64,000 nucleotides of DNA from an uncultured Desulfosarcina sp. (GTDB lineage Bacteria > Desulfobacterota > Desulfobacteria > Desulfobacterales > Desulfosarcinaceae): positions 2,112,001 through 2,176,000 of the forward strand of contig CAXXWQ010000003.1 in assembly GCA_963674945.2 (NCBI GenBank), in the 5' to 3' direction. This document shows, in pieces, positions 41,529-54,380 of this stretch. The notes under the pieces were generated by a model. That model did no database searches and was not told the DNA's origin. It worked only from the letters and a program-made list of their open reading frames with translations. The stretch's first letter is position 1; every line of letters begins with the position of its first letter. A program made the position numbers and the translations under genes.

Positions 41529-42908
41529 ATGAGCAAAGAGGAAAAAGAAAAAATAAAAATCATTTGTGTCGACAGGGGAATTGGATTGGCACACCAGGTA
41601 AAGAATATCTTCGCCGACGATGATATCACCCTGGCATATGAAAGAGTCCTGGATGCCGTGGTCGATCGCTTCGAGCGGGAGGTTTTCGACCTGATGCTGT
41701 TTTCCAGCTCGATGACCCATACGAAGCCGGATAATGCGTTGGAGATCCTCGAACTGATATCGGCAAAATGTCCGGGAACCCAGATCCTATTCTTCACGCA
41801 TCCGGGACGGCTAAAGATTGCCCATCGCGCTTTACGATCCGGTGTTTTTCATTACTCCTTGCTTCCCGTCAGTGACGAAGAACTGAAACTTCTCATCGAG
41901 ACGGCCATGGCGACCAAGTCAAACCTGGGGATCAACATGCTCCTGCGTTCGGAATTGGAGAAAAACACCTTTGAAAGCATGGTGGGCCGTTCCACGTCCA
42001 TGCACCAGGTCTACCGCCAGATCCGTCAGGCCGCCGCCACGGATATTCCGGTTTTATTGTCCGGTGAAACCGGCACGGGAAAGGAACTTGCCGCCAAGGC
42101 CATCCACGAATTGAGCGGGCGGTCAAATGCACCATGCGTACCCGTTCATATCGGTTCACTACCTCCAGATCTGGTGGCCAGCGAATTATTCGGCCATGAG
42201 GCCGGGGCCTTTACCGGCGCCACACGTCTGCGCAAAGGATGTTTCGAAGCTGCCAATGGCGGGACTGTCTTTTTGGACGAGATCGCGACCATCGACGAGA
42301 AAATGCAGATCAGTCTGCTTCGCCTTCTCGAAACAAACGAATTTTGTCGCATCGGAAGCCAGGATAGCATCCGTGTGGACGTTCGCGTGATCGCTGCATC
42401 CAACGCCAATCTTGTCGATGAAATTCGCCAGGGTAGATTCAGGGAGGATCTCTTCTTTCGACTCGAGGTGCTGCACATAACGATGCCGCCGATTCGCGAA
42501 CGCCACGGTGATATCAATCTGCTGGTCGACCATTTCATCAAAAACGCCTGCGATGATTTTCAAAAGCCGTTGCGTGGCATCTCTTCCGATTTTATCAGCT
42601 GTCTCGAAGCCTACCCGTGGCCCGGAAACGTCAGAGAATTGAAAAACGTCATCCAGCGGGCCGTTATATCTTCCACCGGCGATATTCTGGATGTTTCTCA
42701 GCTTCCCCAGCGTATCCGACAATTCAAAAACGAAGATTCCACCTTGACCATCCGCGTGGGAACGAGTATCGAGAAGGTGGAGCGGGAGTTGATCAGCAGA
42801 ACGCTTAGCTATACACGACAGAATCGTACACGGGCCAGCGAAATCCTGGGGATTTCCCGTCGGTCGCTGTACAACAAGATTCGACGCTACGATCTTCAGG
42901 ATGGTTGA
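41529..42908 (+). CDS. Sigma54-dependent activator (NtrC-type) with degenerate receiver domain
   Basis: 'GETGTGKE','GAFTGA','FLDEI','WPGNVREL', Fis HTH; receiver lacks the canonical Asp and Lys. Confidence 0.9.
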   Translation: MSKEEKEKIKIICVDRGIGLAHQVKNIFADDDITLAYERVLDAVVDRFEREVFDLMLFSSSMTHTKPDNALEILELISAKCPGTQILFFTHPGRLKIAHRALRSGVFHYSLLPVSDEELKLLIETAMATKSNLGINMLLRSELEKNTFESMVGRSTSMHQVYRQIRQAAATDIPVLLSGETGTGKELAAKAIHELSGRSNAPCVPVHIGSLPPDLVASELFGHEAGAFTGATRLRKGCFEAANGGTVFLDEIATIDEKMQISLLRLLETNEFCRIGSQDSIRVDVRVIAASNANLVDEIRQGRFREDLFFRLEVLHITMPPIRERHGDINLLVDHFIKNACDDFQKPLRGISSDFISCLEAYPWPGNVRELKNVIQRAVISSTGDILDVSQLPQRIRQFKNEDSTLTIRVGTSIEKVERELISRTLSYTRQNRTRASEILGISRRSLYNKIRRYDLQDG

Positions 42909-43084
42909 TTTGACCCACGAATCTTTTAGAAACGATCCTTTTTTTTTGCATTGCCTTCCTATCTGATTGAAATGGTGGTTGACTATTAAAGGAAAATCAT
43001 TATTATTTAGCAATTAGAAGCTTCAATCGGCAAAACATGAAATAATCTGAATTGTTGCCAATGACGATGATATTCGTGTAATAA

Positions 43085-45553
<2,469 letters not shown>

Positions 45554-45575
45554 TCGATCGTATTCGCATCGCATA

Positions 45576-45612
45576 AAGGCGGCGTTTCAGATCAGGTTGA
45601 AACGCCGCCTTT
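45576..45612. terminator. Bidirectional terminator between katG and the glycosyltransferase gene
   Basis: AAAGGCGGCGTTTCA...TGAAACGCCGCCTTT. Confidence 0.85.
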
Positions 45613-46844
45613 CATTTGGCCAACTTCAGGTAAATCTCCTTGACCTTTGCAAAGACTCCTGTCCACGTATAGGCATCCAGCGTATCTTTCATTACGGATA
45701 GATTGATCGAGTCTCCTTTGACTGCGGCGTCCATTTGCTTCCTGAGGGCCTTTGTCAGGTTTTGCTCAAAGGATAACTCATCTTCTTCGTAAGGTTGATC
45801 GATGTTTTTCAGTCTTGGTGTGGGGACAAGAGAAATATAATCTGCGTCAGCATTGCCGAATATCTCTTTGGTCCCAGGCAGATCCGTGGCTACCACCCTG
45901 CAACCACTGGCAAGGCCCTCCAAAAGAACGAGAGGCAACCCTTCAAAGAAGGATGGCAATACGAGAATGTGTGATTTTTGGAATATCTCTGCCAGCTGGC
46001 TCTGGGGAATCGCACCGTGAATACAAACCGTTTGCCCAAGTTTCTTCGCAATTTCAAGACAATGCTCTTTTTCAACGCCACTTCCGCCTCCCACGAGGTG
46101 CAAATGCCATTGCGGGGATTGAATGGCGCCCAGGGCACGCAAAAACCAGGGAACGCCTTTGGCATTGCTCAGCTTTCCCGCATATACCAGTTGCACCGGA
46201 TCAGGGTCCGGTTTTATGCCTCGATGAAACAGACCGTCGTTATATCCGGCACCGGTGATGGCAATTCTGTCGGGATCAAAACCGTATAATCGAGAGATTT
46301 CATTTTTTTGGGTCTGGTTTAACGCCATTACCAGTTCGATGTCCCGGCATCCGCGAAAAACCATATCTTGCAGGTGACTACAATTTTGAAGTTGCCGCAA
46401 CCCCGTACCATGGCAGGTCGTAGCCATGGGGATGGTCGGAAAGAGTTGGCGGGTCAGTGAACTTACAATCCACAGATGGTGACTGTGAATGACATCCGGT
46501 TTGAATTCATCGACTGCTCTTGTAAGAACCCTGGAAAAAGCATCCACATAATCGCGCAGGTCTTTTTCGGAAAGATCACAGTACCTGCTGCTCTCATAGG
46601 GCATCACGTCACTCATGCCGGGAATGCGAAAGGAGAGATCGGCACGATAAAAATTTACGAACAAGGATCTGTCCTGCGGGATGCAGATCCTGTCATTACA
46701 ACCATCGGAGCTGAGCCCTGCAACCAGAAAATTATCGAATCCGCATTTTTCGGACTCTCTGATCATTGCCTGGATATAGATACCGCTACCGGTTGAATCC
46801 GGCCTTTGGCTCAGCACATGGAGAATCTTCAATTGATTCGACAT
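45612..46844 (-). CDS. GT4 glycosyltransferase
   Basis: 'QRPDSTGSGIY','PDVIHSHHLW','YAGKLSNAKG','EGLPLVLLE'. Confidence 0.85.
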   Translation of the reverse strand: MSNQLKILHVLSQRPDSTGSGIYIQAMIRESEKCGFDNFLVAGLSSDGCNDRICIPQDRSLFVNFYRADLSFRIPGMSDVMPYESSRYCDLSEKDLRDYVDAFSRVLTRAVDEFKPDVIHSHHLWIVSSLTRQLFPTIPMATTCHGTGLRQLQNCSHLQDMVFRGCRDIELVMALNQTQKNEISRLYGFDPDRIAITGAGYNDGLFHRGIKPDPDPVQLVYAGKLSNAKGVPWFLRALGAIQSPQWHLHLVGGGSGVEKEHCLEIAKKLGQTVCIHGAIPQSQLAEIFQKSHILVLPSFFEGLPLVLLEGLASGCRVVATDLPGTKEIFGNADADYISLVPTPRLKNIDQPYEEDELSFEQNLTKALRKQMDAAVKGDSINLSVMKDTLDAYTWTGVFAKVKEIYLKLAK

Positions 46845-47538
46845 CTTTCAGGGCACCTCCTTCCAGCGTCATCACCCGGTCAGCGATTCGCCGTACCTGG
46901 TCCATATAATGGGATACGACCAAAAGCGTGCATTGCTCCTTGAGACTGACGAGAAGGTCTTCAATGACGCCGCTCGCCTTCGGATCCAGCGAACTGGTGG
47001 GTTCGTCGCATAAGAGTATTTCCGGATCGAGAATCAGAGCGCGAGCGATGCATAGCCGCTGTTTTTGTCCCCCGGAAAGTTCCATGGCGCTTTTCTTCAG
47101 TCTGTCTTTTACCTCTTCCCACAAAAAAGCCTGTTTCAGCGCGTTTTGAATTTTTGCCGCGACAACGACTTTATCGTTCATACCGGATAGTGTAAGGGGA
47201 AATGCCATGTTTTTTTCGATGCTCATGGGTAGCGGATTGGGTTCCTGAAAAATCATGGCCACTTTACGGCGCAACAGTGAAAGTTGAATTTCTTTTGTCA
47301 GCGGTGATACCCAGTTATCGTCTAAGCGTAAACGGATCTCTCCTGTGCATCGACCTCCGGGAATTTCATGCCACAAGCCATTGAATAGACAAAGTAGCGT
47401 CGATTTGCCCTGACCGGAAGGCCCGGTGATGGCCGTGATGGTGTGGGCGGTAAATGCTTGGCTCAAGTTGTCCAATACACGATTGCGGCCATAAAAGAAG
47501 CTGACCTTCGACATGATAATTTTCTTTTTTGGCGCCAT
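46786..47538 (-). CDS. pstB: Phosphate-type ABC transporter ATPase
   Basis: GPSGQGKS, 'FQEPNPLPMSI', LSGGQKQRLCIARAL, DEPTSSLDP. Confidence 0.85.
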   Translation of the reverse strand: MAPKKKIIMSKVSFFYGRNRVLDNLSQAFTAHTITAITGPSGQGKSTLLCLFNGLWHEIPGGRCTGEIRLRLDDNWVSPLTKEIQLSLLRRKVAMIFQEPNPLPMSIEKNMAFPLTLSGMNDKVVVAAKIQNALKQAFLWEEVKDRLKKSAMELSGGQKQRLCIARALILDPEILLCDEPTSSLDPKASGVIEDLLVSLKEQCTLLVVSHYMDQVRRIADRVMTLEGGALKDVESIEDSPCAEPKAGFNR

Positions 47539-47554
47539 CGTACGGATGCTCCCA

Positions 47555-48439
47555 TCATGCGCGGTAAAATGCCCGATTGGAGAGACTTTTTTTAATGCCA
47601 TAGGCGATGACAAATAAAACGGTACAGATGCCCAGTAAGATCAGACAGGCGCCATACCCTCTCGCCAATTCGGCCTGATTCGTATATTGGCTAGATATGT
47701 AATAAATGTAAAAGGGCAGGGCTTCATATTGGGACAGCAGAGAGCTGGGTACCCCTGCCGTGGCAACGACTCCCGTCAGCATTATGACCGCGGTATCTTC
47801 AGCACACCTGCCGATCGCCAAAATAATACCCGAAGTAATACCGGAAAGTGCGCCCGGTAGCAACACATAGACGATGTTTTGCAATTTTCCGGCGCCGAGG
47901 GAAAGGGCGGTCAGACGGGTACTCACCGGCAGTGCCTCCAGTGATGTCTGGGTGCTTCGAACGATATAGGGCAGGACCAGTATGGCCAACGAAAGGGCGC
48001 TTACGAGGAGACAGGGGCCAAATTCATTGAAAAAATGGTTGTGGAGAAAGATTGATAGGCTGAAACCGAACAGGCCGACCACAATGGACGGGATACCGGC
48101 CAGTATGTCGAAGAAAAAGCCAAAGAATTTTTTTACTTCCGGTTTGGCGAACTCCGCCAGGTAAATGCCGGAACAGACACCGGCAGGAACGGATAGCACG
48201 GTGGACAACAGGACCAGGAAAAGGGTTCCTACGATCGCAGGAAACAGTCCGTCAAACACGCGGGCACGGCCTAACATCGCCTCCACCGGGTCGGCATCAC
48301 CGAAAATCAACTCGATTCCGATGATCGTCCCCCCCCTGTATAGCAGGTGTCCGAGAAGGATCGTCACGGACAGCACGAGGATGCCTGCCATGACCCAGGC
48401 AATCACCGCCACCGTCTTTTCCATGAGATTGGTTATCAC
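47555..48439 (-). CDS. pstA: Phosphate-type ABC transporter permease
   Basis: 'GIYLAEF','LAGIPSIVVGLFG','AIGRCAEDTA'. Confidence 0.85.
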   Translation of the reverse strand: MITNLMEKTVAVIAWVMAGILVLSVTILLGHLLYRGGTIIGIELIFGDADPVEAMLGRARVFDGLFPAIVGTLFLVLLSTVLSVPAGVCSGIYLAEFAKPEVKKFFGFFFDILAGIPSIVVGLFGFSLSIFLHNHFFNEFGPCLLVSALSLAILVLPYIVRSTQTSLEALPVSTRLTALSLGAGKLQNIVYVLLPGALSGITSGIILAIGRCAEDTAVIMLTGVVATAGVPSSLLSQYEALPFYIYYISSQYTNQAELARGYGACLILLGICTVLFVIAYGIKKSLSNRAFYRA

Positions 48440-49293
48440 GGTACGGCCCGCCGGTGGTTCTCGAGAACTCTCACCGCGACAACAGCGGCGGTGGTTAAGA
48501 TGTACAGGGCGATGCCACAGGCAAAGATGGAACGAAATTCCAAACTGTTGAAATCGCCAGCCTTTACCAGGGCAATGTGTGCAGTCAGCGTTCGGGCCGG
48601 ATCCAGAAGGTTCTGGGGCGATCGCACGGCGTTACCGGCAAGCATCAAAGCGACAAGGGTGTCTCCCAGAGCTCTGCCAAGCGCCAGCACCAATCCGGAG
48701 GCCATGCCGCGTAACGCTCCGGGTAAGGTTACATACAAAAGCTGTTGTATACGATTGGCTCCCAACGCCCTTGCCGCTTGTACATAGGACATGGGCACCG
48801 CAGACAGGCTGTCTACGAAAAAAAGAATCATGGTGGGGCTGATCAATACGGCCAGAATCGTGCTCGCTGCCAGAACACTCATCCCGGCACCGCCGATCGT
48901 CTCCCGGATGAAGGGAACCAGTAAAAAAATGCCGAAGAAACCATAGATCACCGTGGGGATACCCGTCATAAAGCGAACCAAGGCATTGAGCAGCCTTTTC
49001 AGGCGGGAACCGGCCAGACCGGCGACCACAAAAGCGGTCCCCATGGAAAGCGGCAGGCTCAACAAGGTGCCGAAAAGGGCGATCCAGATGGTTCCGGCAA
49101 TCATCGGCCGAATCCCGTACAATCCTTCATGGGGGGACCAGGGGCCTGTCCAGACTGAAATAAAGGCATTCTCCAGAAAAACAGGCAGGCCCAGAATGAT
49201 CATGAACACAAAGATGGACAGAACTACAATGGCGCTAAGAACGGTGCTGGATAAAAGAACACACTTTGCGATGGCTTCCTTGGATATGCTCAT
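48436..49293 (-). CDS. pstC: Phosphate-type ABC transporter permease
   Basis: 'GIPTVIYGFFG','ARALGA','GRALGDT...GNA'. Confidence 0.85.
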   Translation of the reverse strand: MSISKEAIAKCVLLSSTVLSAIVVLSIFVFMIILGLPVFLENAFISVWTGPWSPHEGLYGIRPMIAGTIWIALFGTLLSLPLSMGTAFVVAGLAGSRLKRLLNALVRFMTGIPTVIYGFFGIFLLVPFIRETIGGAGMSVLAASTILAVLISPTMILFFVDSLSAVPMSYVQAARALGANRIQQLLYVTLPGALRGMASGLVLALGRALGDTLVALMLAGNAVRSPQNLLDPARTLTAHIALVKAGDFNSLEFRSIFACGIALYILTTAAVVAVRVLENHRRAVP

Positions 49294-50117
49294 TTCACCG
49301 GAATAAATCCTTTTTCCGCGGCAATTTGCTGTCCTTCCGGTGAAAAAAGATAATCGATGAACAAGAGCGCCAGGCCTTGCGGGTCTCCCTTGGTGTTGCT
49401 GTAAAGGCCACGGGCGACCTTGTATGTGCCGCTTTTAACGGTTTCCAGATTCGGTACGATGCCATCCAAAGCGACCGGTGAAACACTTTCGTCCATATGG
49501 CCGACGGAAACATACCCAATGGCGTAGGGGTCTTTGGCTACGGCGGTTTTCATGGCCCCGTTGGATGGCACAAAAAGGGCCTTCGTGGAGATGTCGCCTT
49601 TGTTCAGCGCTTTTTTCCAGAACACGTCTCGGGTTCCGCTGGACTCATCCCTTGTGTACAACGTGATGGTGTGATCGTCACCGCCCAAAGCCTTCCAGTT
49701 ATCGATTTTACCGGCGAAGATATCTTTTAACTGGGCCTGGGTCAGGGACGTGACACGATTTTTCGGATGGACAACAACGCCGACGCCGTCGACAGCCCAT
49801 TTGAACATTTTCAGGCCGTATCGATCAATCTCATCCTGTTTGGCTTTTCGGCCCGAGTTGCCAATGTCCACCAGTCCTTCCCCCACCTGTTTGATGCCGA
49901 GGCCGGATCCGCCGCCGGCAACGGTGATCGTGATGTCGCGATATTTGGTCATAATCCGTTTGGCGGCCTCTTTCATTACAGGGATGTGGGCAGTACCGCC
50001 GGCTATCTTCAGCGTGCCCTTCTGGCCATCGAAGGCATCCAAGGCGCCTGCCATGCAGGGACCGGCAGTCATAAAAAGTGCCATCAGTAATACAATTTTC
50101 CGTACGATTGCTGCCAT
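49290..50117 (-). CDS. pstS: Phosphate-type ABC transporter substrate-binding protein
   Basis: Signal peptide, 'GGGSGLG','RDESSGT','AIGYVS'. Confidence 0.8.
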   Translation of the reverse strand: MAAIVRKIVLLMALFMTAGPCMAGALDAFDGQKGTLKIAGGTAHIPVMKEAAKRIMTKYRDITITVAGGGSGLGIKQVGEGLVDIGNSGRKAKQDEIDRYGLKMFKWAVDGVGVVVHPKNRVTSLTQAQLKDIFAGKIDNWKALGGDDHTITLYTRDESSGTRDVFWKKALNKGDISTKALFVPSNGAMKTAVAKDPYAIGYVSVGHMDESVSPVALDGIVPNLETVKSGTYKVARGLYSNTKGDPQGLALLFIDYLFSPEGQQIAAEKGFIPVK

Positions 50118-50495
50118 CGTCCTATCTCCTTTCTCAATGCTGCACACAACGATAGTTACGTGAGACCAACTCTTTTTGATAATATGACGTTGTTGGATAA
50201 GTAAAATAGAAAATATCAATGCATAACGTAATGCCAATTGAAAAAATAAATAGAGCGTGTTGTAATTCATTTCTGCGCCCTAATTTGTACCTTATCATCT
50301 TCCTTTCCACTCCACTGCGTGTTGATTTGCGTCGTTGTTTGTACCTGTTTCATTTCTTGCCGTATAGACCTGTAAACATAACACAAAAGATCTATGTGTC
50401 GGGAATTTGAGTTGACAGGTAGGTTCTGTTTGTATATTTTTTCGAAAATTTTTTTACCACGTTACCGACAGATCTATAGCGAAAAGGGGACAAGC

Positions 50496-51314
50496 ATGGG
50501 CAGCCGAAGAGATGTATATGTGATTACCGGAGGCGGAGGAGGAATGGGTATTGCTGCGGCAAAGCGGTTAAGCAAGAAAGGTATTCTGTTACTGACCGAT
50601 ATCGTATCCGATGGAATGGAAAGAGTGGCTGCGGAACTCGGTTCACAAGGTGTAACAGTGGAAACGGCGATCAGTGATGTCACCGACAAGGGCTCCATAC
50701 AATCGCTTGCAGATACTGTTTCTTCATTGGGACGGCTGGCTGGTCTCGTTCATACGGCCGGGATTTCACCGACCATGTCGAATTGGAAGAAAATGTTCGA
50801 GGTAGATCTTATCGGCACTGCCTTGCTCCTGGAAGGATTTCTTCCTTTGGCAGAAGATGGCACTGCAGCAGTATGTGTGGCATCGATGTCGGCCCATATG
50901 GTACCCGCTGATCCGGAAGTAGATCTCATATTATCCGACCCCATGTCCCCAGATTTATTAGAGAAAATGGAGCCGCACCTCCCTGCCGAGAACACTGCCG
51001 GCTATGCCTATGCCCTGGCAAAACGGGGCGTTATCCTTTTATGTAAGAATATGGCTCCCGCATGGGGGGCGCGCGGTGCGCGTGTCGTTTCGATTTCTCC
51101 TGGAATTATCGATACACCGATGGGCAGGAAGGAATTGGAAGAGAACGCCATGATGAAATATCTGTTGGAACAATCACCGTTGAAGCGTATGGGGAAACCG
51201 GAGGATATCGCTTCCGCAGTCGCGTTTCTGCTAAGCGAAAATGCATCTTTTATGACAGGTACGGATATGTTGGTTGACGGGGGTGTTGTCGCAGCGATAA
51301 TGCGCGCCAAATAA
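50496..51314 (+). CDS. SDR-family oxidoreductase
   Basis: 'TGGGGGMG', YxxxK 'YALAK', 'SPGIIDTPM','VDGG'. Confidence 0.9.
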   Translation: MGSRRDVYVITGGGGGMGIAAAKRLSKKGILLLTDIVSDGMERVAAELGSQGVTVETAISDVTDKGSIQSLADTVSSLGRLAGLVHTAGISPTMSNWKKMFEVDLIGTALLLEGFLPLAEDGTAAVCVASMSAHMVPADPEVDLILSDPMSPDLLEKMEPHLPAENTAGYAYALAKRGVILLCKNMAPAWGARGARVVSISPGIIDTPMGRKELEENAMMKYLLEQSPLKRMGKPEDIASAVAFLLSENASFMTGTDMLVDGGVVAAIMRAK

Positions 51315-51375
51315 TTGTCTTTGATACCCCGTCCACCTGCGACGGGGACATTCATTCCACTCGGAGGATTTTGTC

Positions 51376-52029
51376 CTATCCGTTATGCAACGCCCCGGTG
51401 AGAAACGTTGTGACCGACTCGACAACGCTTTCGCTAAAATCAGATTCAAATATGCAGAATTGGGATTCTCGAACAAATTTCTTCATCTGGTTCGGACTGT
51501 AGTATACCTGCCATAATCCGAATATGAGGGCAAAGATCTGTAAATGAACCTTGACCCAGTGTTCCATGCTCAGGTCTGCAAATAGCCTGCAACTCAACCT
51601 GCCTTGTACACCCACTAATTCGGCAAGTTGCGTCTTGAAATCCATAAACATTTTTTCGTCTGTGTTTCCGTCAAAAAAGCCGTTAACAATACCCCACATT
51701 TGAAGCATCAGGGGATTATTGATAATGTATCGCGTCGTCAGTTTGGCATAATCGGAAACGGTGATTCCCTCTTTTTGGTTTTCCAACGCCTTGGCGACGG
51801 AATCATGCCATAGCCTGATCTGATTCGTGTAAAGAGAAAGGAAAATTTCATTCTTCGTTTTAAAGTACAGGTACACACTACCCTTTGCCAGACCTGCTTT
51901 CTGGGCGATCTCTGAAATCGTTGGGAGCGTGCCGTCATTTTTTTCAAAAAGCTCGCGAGCGATTTTAAGAATTTTTTCCTTGCGCTTTAGTTTGTCTTTT
52001 TCACTGATAGCTCTTTTCAGTACCGCCAT
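51376..52029 (-). CDS. TetR-family transcriptional regulator
   Basis: 'TISEIAQKAGLAKGSVYLYFKTKNEIF'. Confidence 0.9.
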   Translation of the reverse strand: MAVLKRAISEKDKLKRKEKILKIARELFEKNDGTLPTISEIAQKAGLAKGSVYLYFKTKNEIFLSLYTNQIRLWHDSVAKALENQKEGITVSDYAKLTTRYIINNPLMLQMWGIVNGFFDGNTDEKMFMDFKTQLAELVGVQGRLSCRLFADLSMEHWVKVHLQIFALIFGLWQVYYSPNQMKKFVRESQFCIFESDFSESVVESVTTFLTGALHNG

Positions 52030-52417
52030 ATATTCGGCTACCTTTTCAATTTGCGGGTAAACGTTATTATTTTCTCTGTATCAAATCAGCGGTTTTTACA
52101 CAATAAAAAAACTGACTGACGGTCATTAAATACAAAAAGGGGAGGATCATGAAGAAAGGGGCAGGTTTGCCCATAGCTCATTATTGTCTGACGGATTCAA
52201 TCCATCATGGTCTTATTTTCGCGTTTTTTGACAAGCTCAAACCAAGTGATAACGCCTTGTTGGATTCACTTTGTTGAAAGAAATGGAAGTTGCCGAAAGA
52301 AAAAACTTAAATTGATGCTTTCATAAAGGCAAGATTAAGTTTTATAATAACATGTAATATCTATTAATTTGGTGACGCAAGAACATATCCATCCATGGGT
52401 TTTCTGAATGTTGTACA

Positions 52418-53335
52418 TTAGCCCACACCGACTGCGCGCTTTACATGTTGAACGATGAGGTCGTACATCTCGTGTGTCAATGTCTCGGACTCGTTAAGAA
52501 TATCGTATCCGTGCTTGGCACCCGGAATGTCGCGATATTCGACCAAACTTCCGGAGGCTGCGAGTTTTTTGGCATATTCGGCCGCGCCTTTCCTGAGCGG
52601 ATCATTTTCGGCGGAGATGACCAACGCCGGCGCGATGCCCTGGATATGGTCTCCGTTGGATCCGTATGCAGGGGAGGCAAGCCGATCTTTCCGATGATTC
52701 GGATCGGGAATATAGGCAGTAATGAAAACCTCTTCCATCCAGGGCGGCACGATTGGCTTTCCAGTTGGGTTCGGACGACCTTTTAAGGAGGAATCGAGGT
52801 CTATGGCCGGATAGTGCAGCACCTGAAGTGCGATTTTCGGGCCACCCTTCTCAAGAGCGAGGCGAGCGGCACCGGCGGCGATGGCACCACCGGCGCTCTG
52901 CCCGCCTATGCAAATCCTGGTGCCGTCCCATTTCCTCTCGTCGGATGATGCCCACCGCAGCACGTCGTAGAGCTGTTCAATGGCGACCGGGAATCGACCC
53001 CGCGGAGCAGTTGTGTAATCGACGTTTATCACCAATACACCGGCCCGGGCCGCCAAATATCGACATAGCGGATCGTCCTGCTCGGGATATCGAATGACAA
53101 ATCCGCCACCGTGAACGTTCACATATACGGGAGGGGTTGTGGATGACACGGTCGGGCGAAAGACGGTGCACTTGACTTTTCCATGCCGGGTCTGCACAGC
53201 AATGGTATAGGTGTCTCTCGGAATTTCCGGAAATCGCCTGCTTTGCTTCGGGGCCAGATTGCTCATCACCCCTAAAAGCCGTGCCACCGTGTCGCCAATG
53301 AACTGTATGGAAAGGATGGACATACTGTTCCTCAT
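52418..53335 (-). CDS. HSL-family alpha/beta hydrolase (esterase)
   Basis: HGGGF, GQSAG, 'DPL', 'HGY'. Confidence 0.9.
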   Translation of the reverse strand: MRNSMSILSIQFIGDTVARLLGVMSNLAPKQSRRFPEIPRDTYTIAVQTRHGKVKCTVFRPTVSSTTPPVYVNVHGGGFVIRYPEQDDPLCRYLAARAGVLVINVDYTTAPRGRFPVAIEQLYDVLRWASSDERKWDGTRICIGGQSAGGAIAAGAARLALEKGGPKIALQVLHYPAIDLDSSLKGRPNPTGKPIVPPWMEEVFITAYIPDPNHRKDRLASPAYGSNGDHIQGIAPALVISAENDPLRKGAAEYAKKLAASGSLVEYRDIPGAKHGYDILNESETLTHEMYDLIVQHVKRAVGVG

Positions 53336-53487
53336 ATAATGCGGGTGGTCGTTGACTCAGAAATCCTTCCCCGTCCGGTCGTATCGTTCACGGGGGATGC
53401 CGCGCTCTTCCATGTGATTCTGTCATCGCTCTGCTATTTCTCGAATTTCGTCATTCATCTTTGACGTCGTTCTTATTGAACCTGCTG

Positions 53488-53916
53488 TTACTGCTTCATT
53501 CTTTTCAATTCCTCAAACCCTTCTGCACACCCTGAATCAGTTACGCCGCAACCCCAAACACATATCGACGGCATTTGTGCGAAATTCTCTTGTATTCGAC
53601 GCTTTAGGTCTCCCACCGTGATTTCATCTCCGATACGTAAATCCAGTTGGTTGAGAATCTCTAAATCAATCCTGTTCCCACCTGGTCTAAAATCATAAAG
53701 CTGACACAGATCTTCAATCATCTGAGGACAAAAAGCACAAGTATCGCAACAATGCGGAACGATCTTGATTGTTAGATCGGGGTTTTCCATCATCTGCTTG
53801 TATTTCAAGATGTTTTCCCAGAATTTCGGTCCCCACAATGTCCAATTTTTCATGACGGTTATGCAGAAAAGATGATGACCTCGCATGCTGATTGTACTTG
53901 GGTTTTCGGTGGTCAT
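53488..53916 (-). CDS. DUF1284-family Cys-rich protein
   Basis: 'MRGHHLFC','CDTCAFCP','IDLEIL..L'. Confidence 0.7.
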   Translation of the reverse strand: MTTENPSTISMRGHHLFCITVMKNWTLWGPKFWENILKYKQMMENPDLTIKIVPHCCDTCAFCPQMIEDLCQLYDFRPGGNRIDLEILNQLDLRIGDEITVGDLKRRIQENFAQMPSICVWGCGVTDSGCAEGFEELKRMKQ

Positions 53917-54380
53917 TGATCATACCTCCTCTTACTGCCATCGATTAAATTATTCGTTATGAACAGCACTTTTTCATAAATGGACATTTTTTCCTTCGGA
54001 AGTGGTGTAGTGTGCCGCCGCAAAGTCCGGTGAAAGTGTCATAAACGAAAAAAACACGTAATTCACACCAACATTGGGTTTTTCAAGACCATCGGCTCCA
54101 AAAGAGTCTGCCCATAGACCCATCATCCACAACAGGACAACCGTTGTGAGAAACAGCTTGGAAGAGTGATAAATCCGTTTCAAATCAATATCCTCGATCT
54201 GGCCTGTGACCGGGGAGGCGCGATGGTCGTCGTTTTCGAACTTCTTTGTCCGTGTGGGCATTGATAACGGAAGTACGGTAAAAGTTAATTCTTCTTTCCT
54301 TCCCTTACATACTGATCGTCATCGAGTGTTAGCGGTTCTTTTGTTTCCCAAGCAGATGCAGGTGGGTATCGATTATTATA

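Noticed and set aside
53974..54261. 95-aa ORF with one hydrophobic segment
   Set aside because: No recognisable family, and it lies among relics; cannot be supported as a gene
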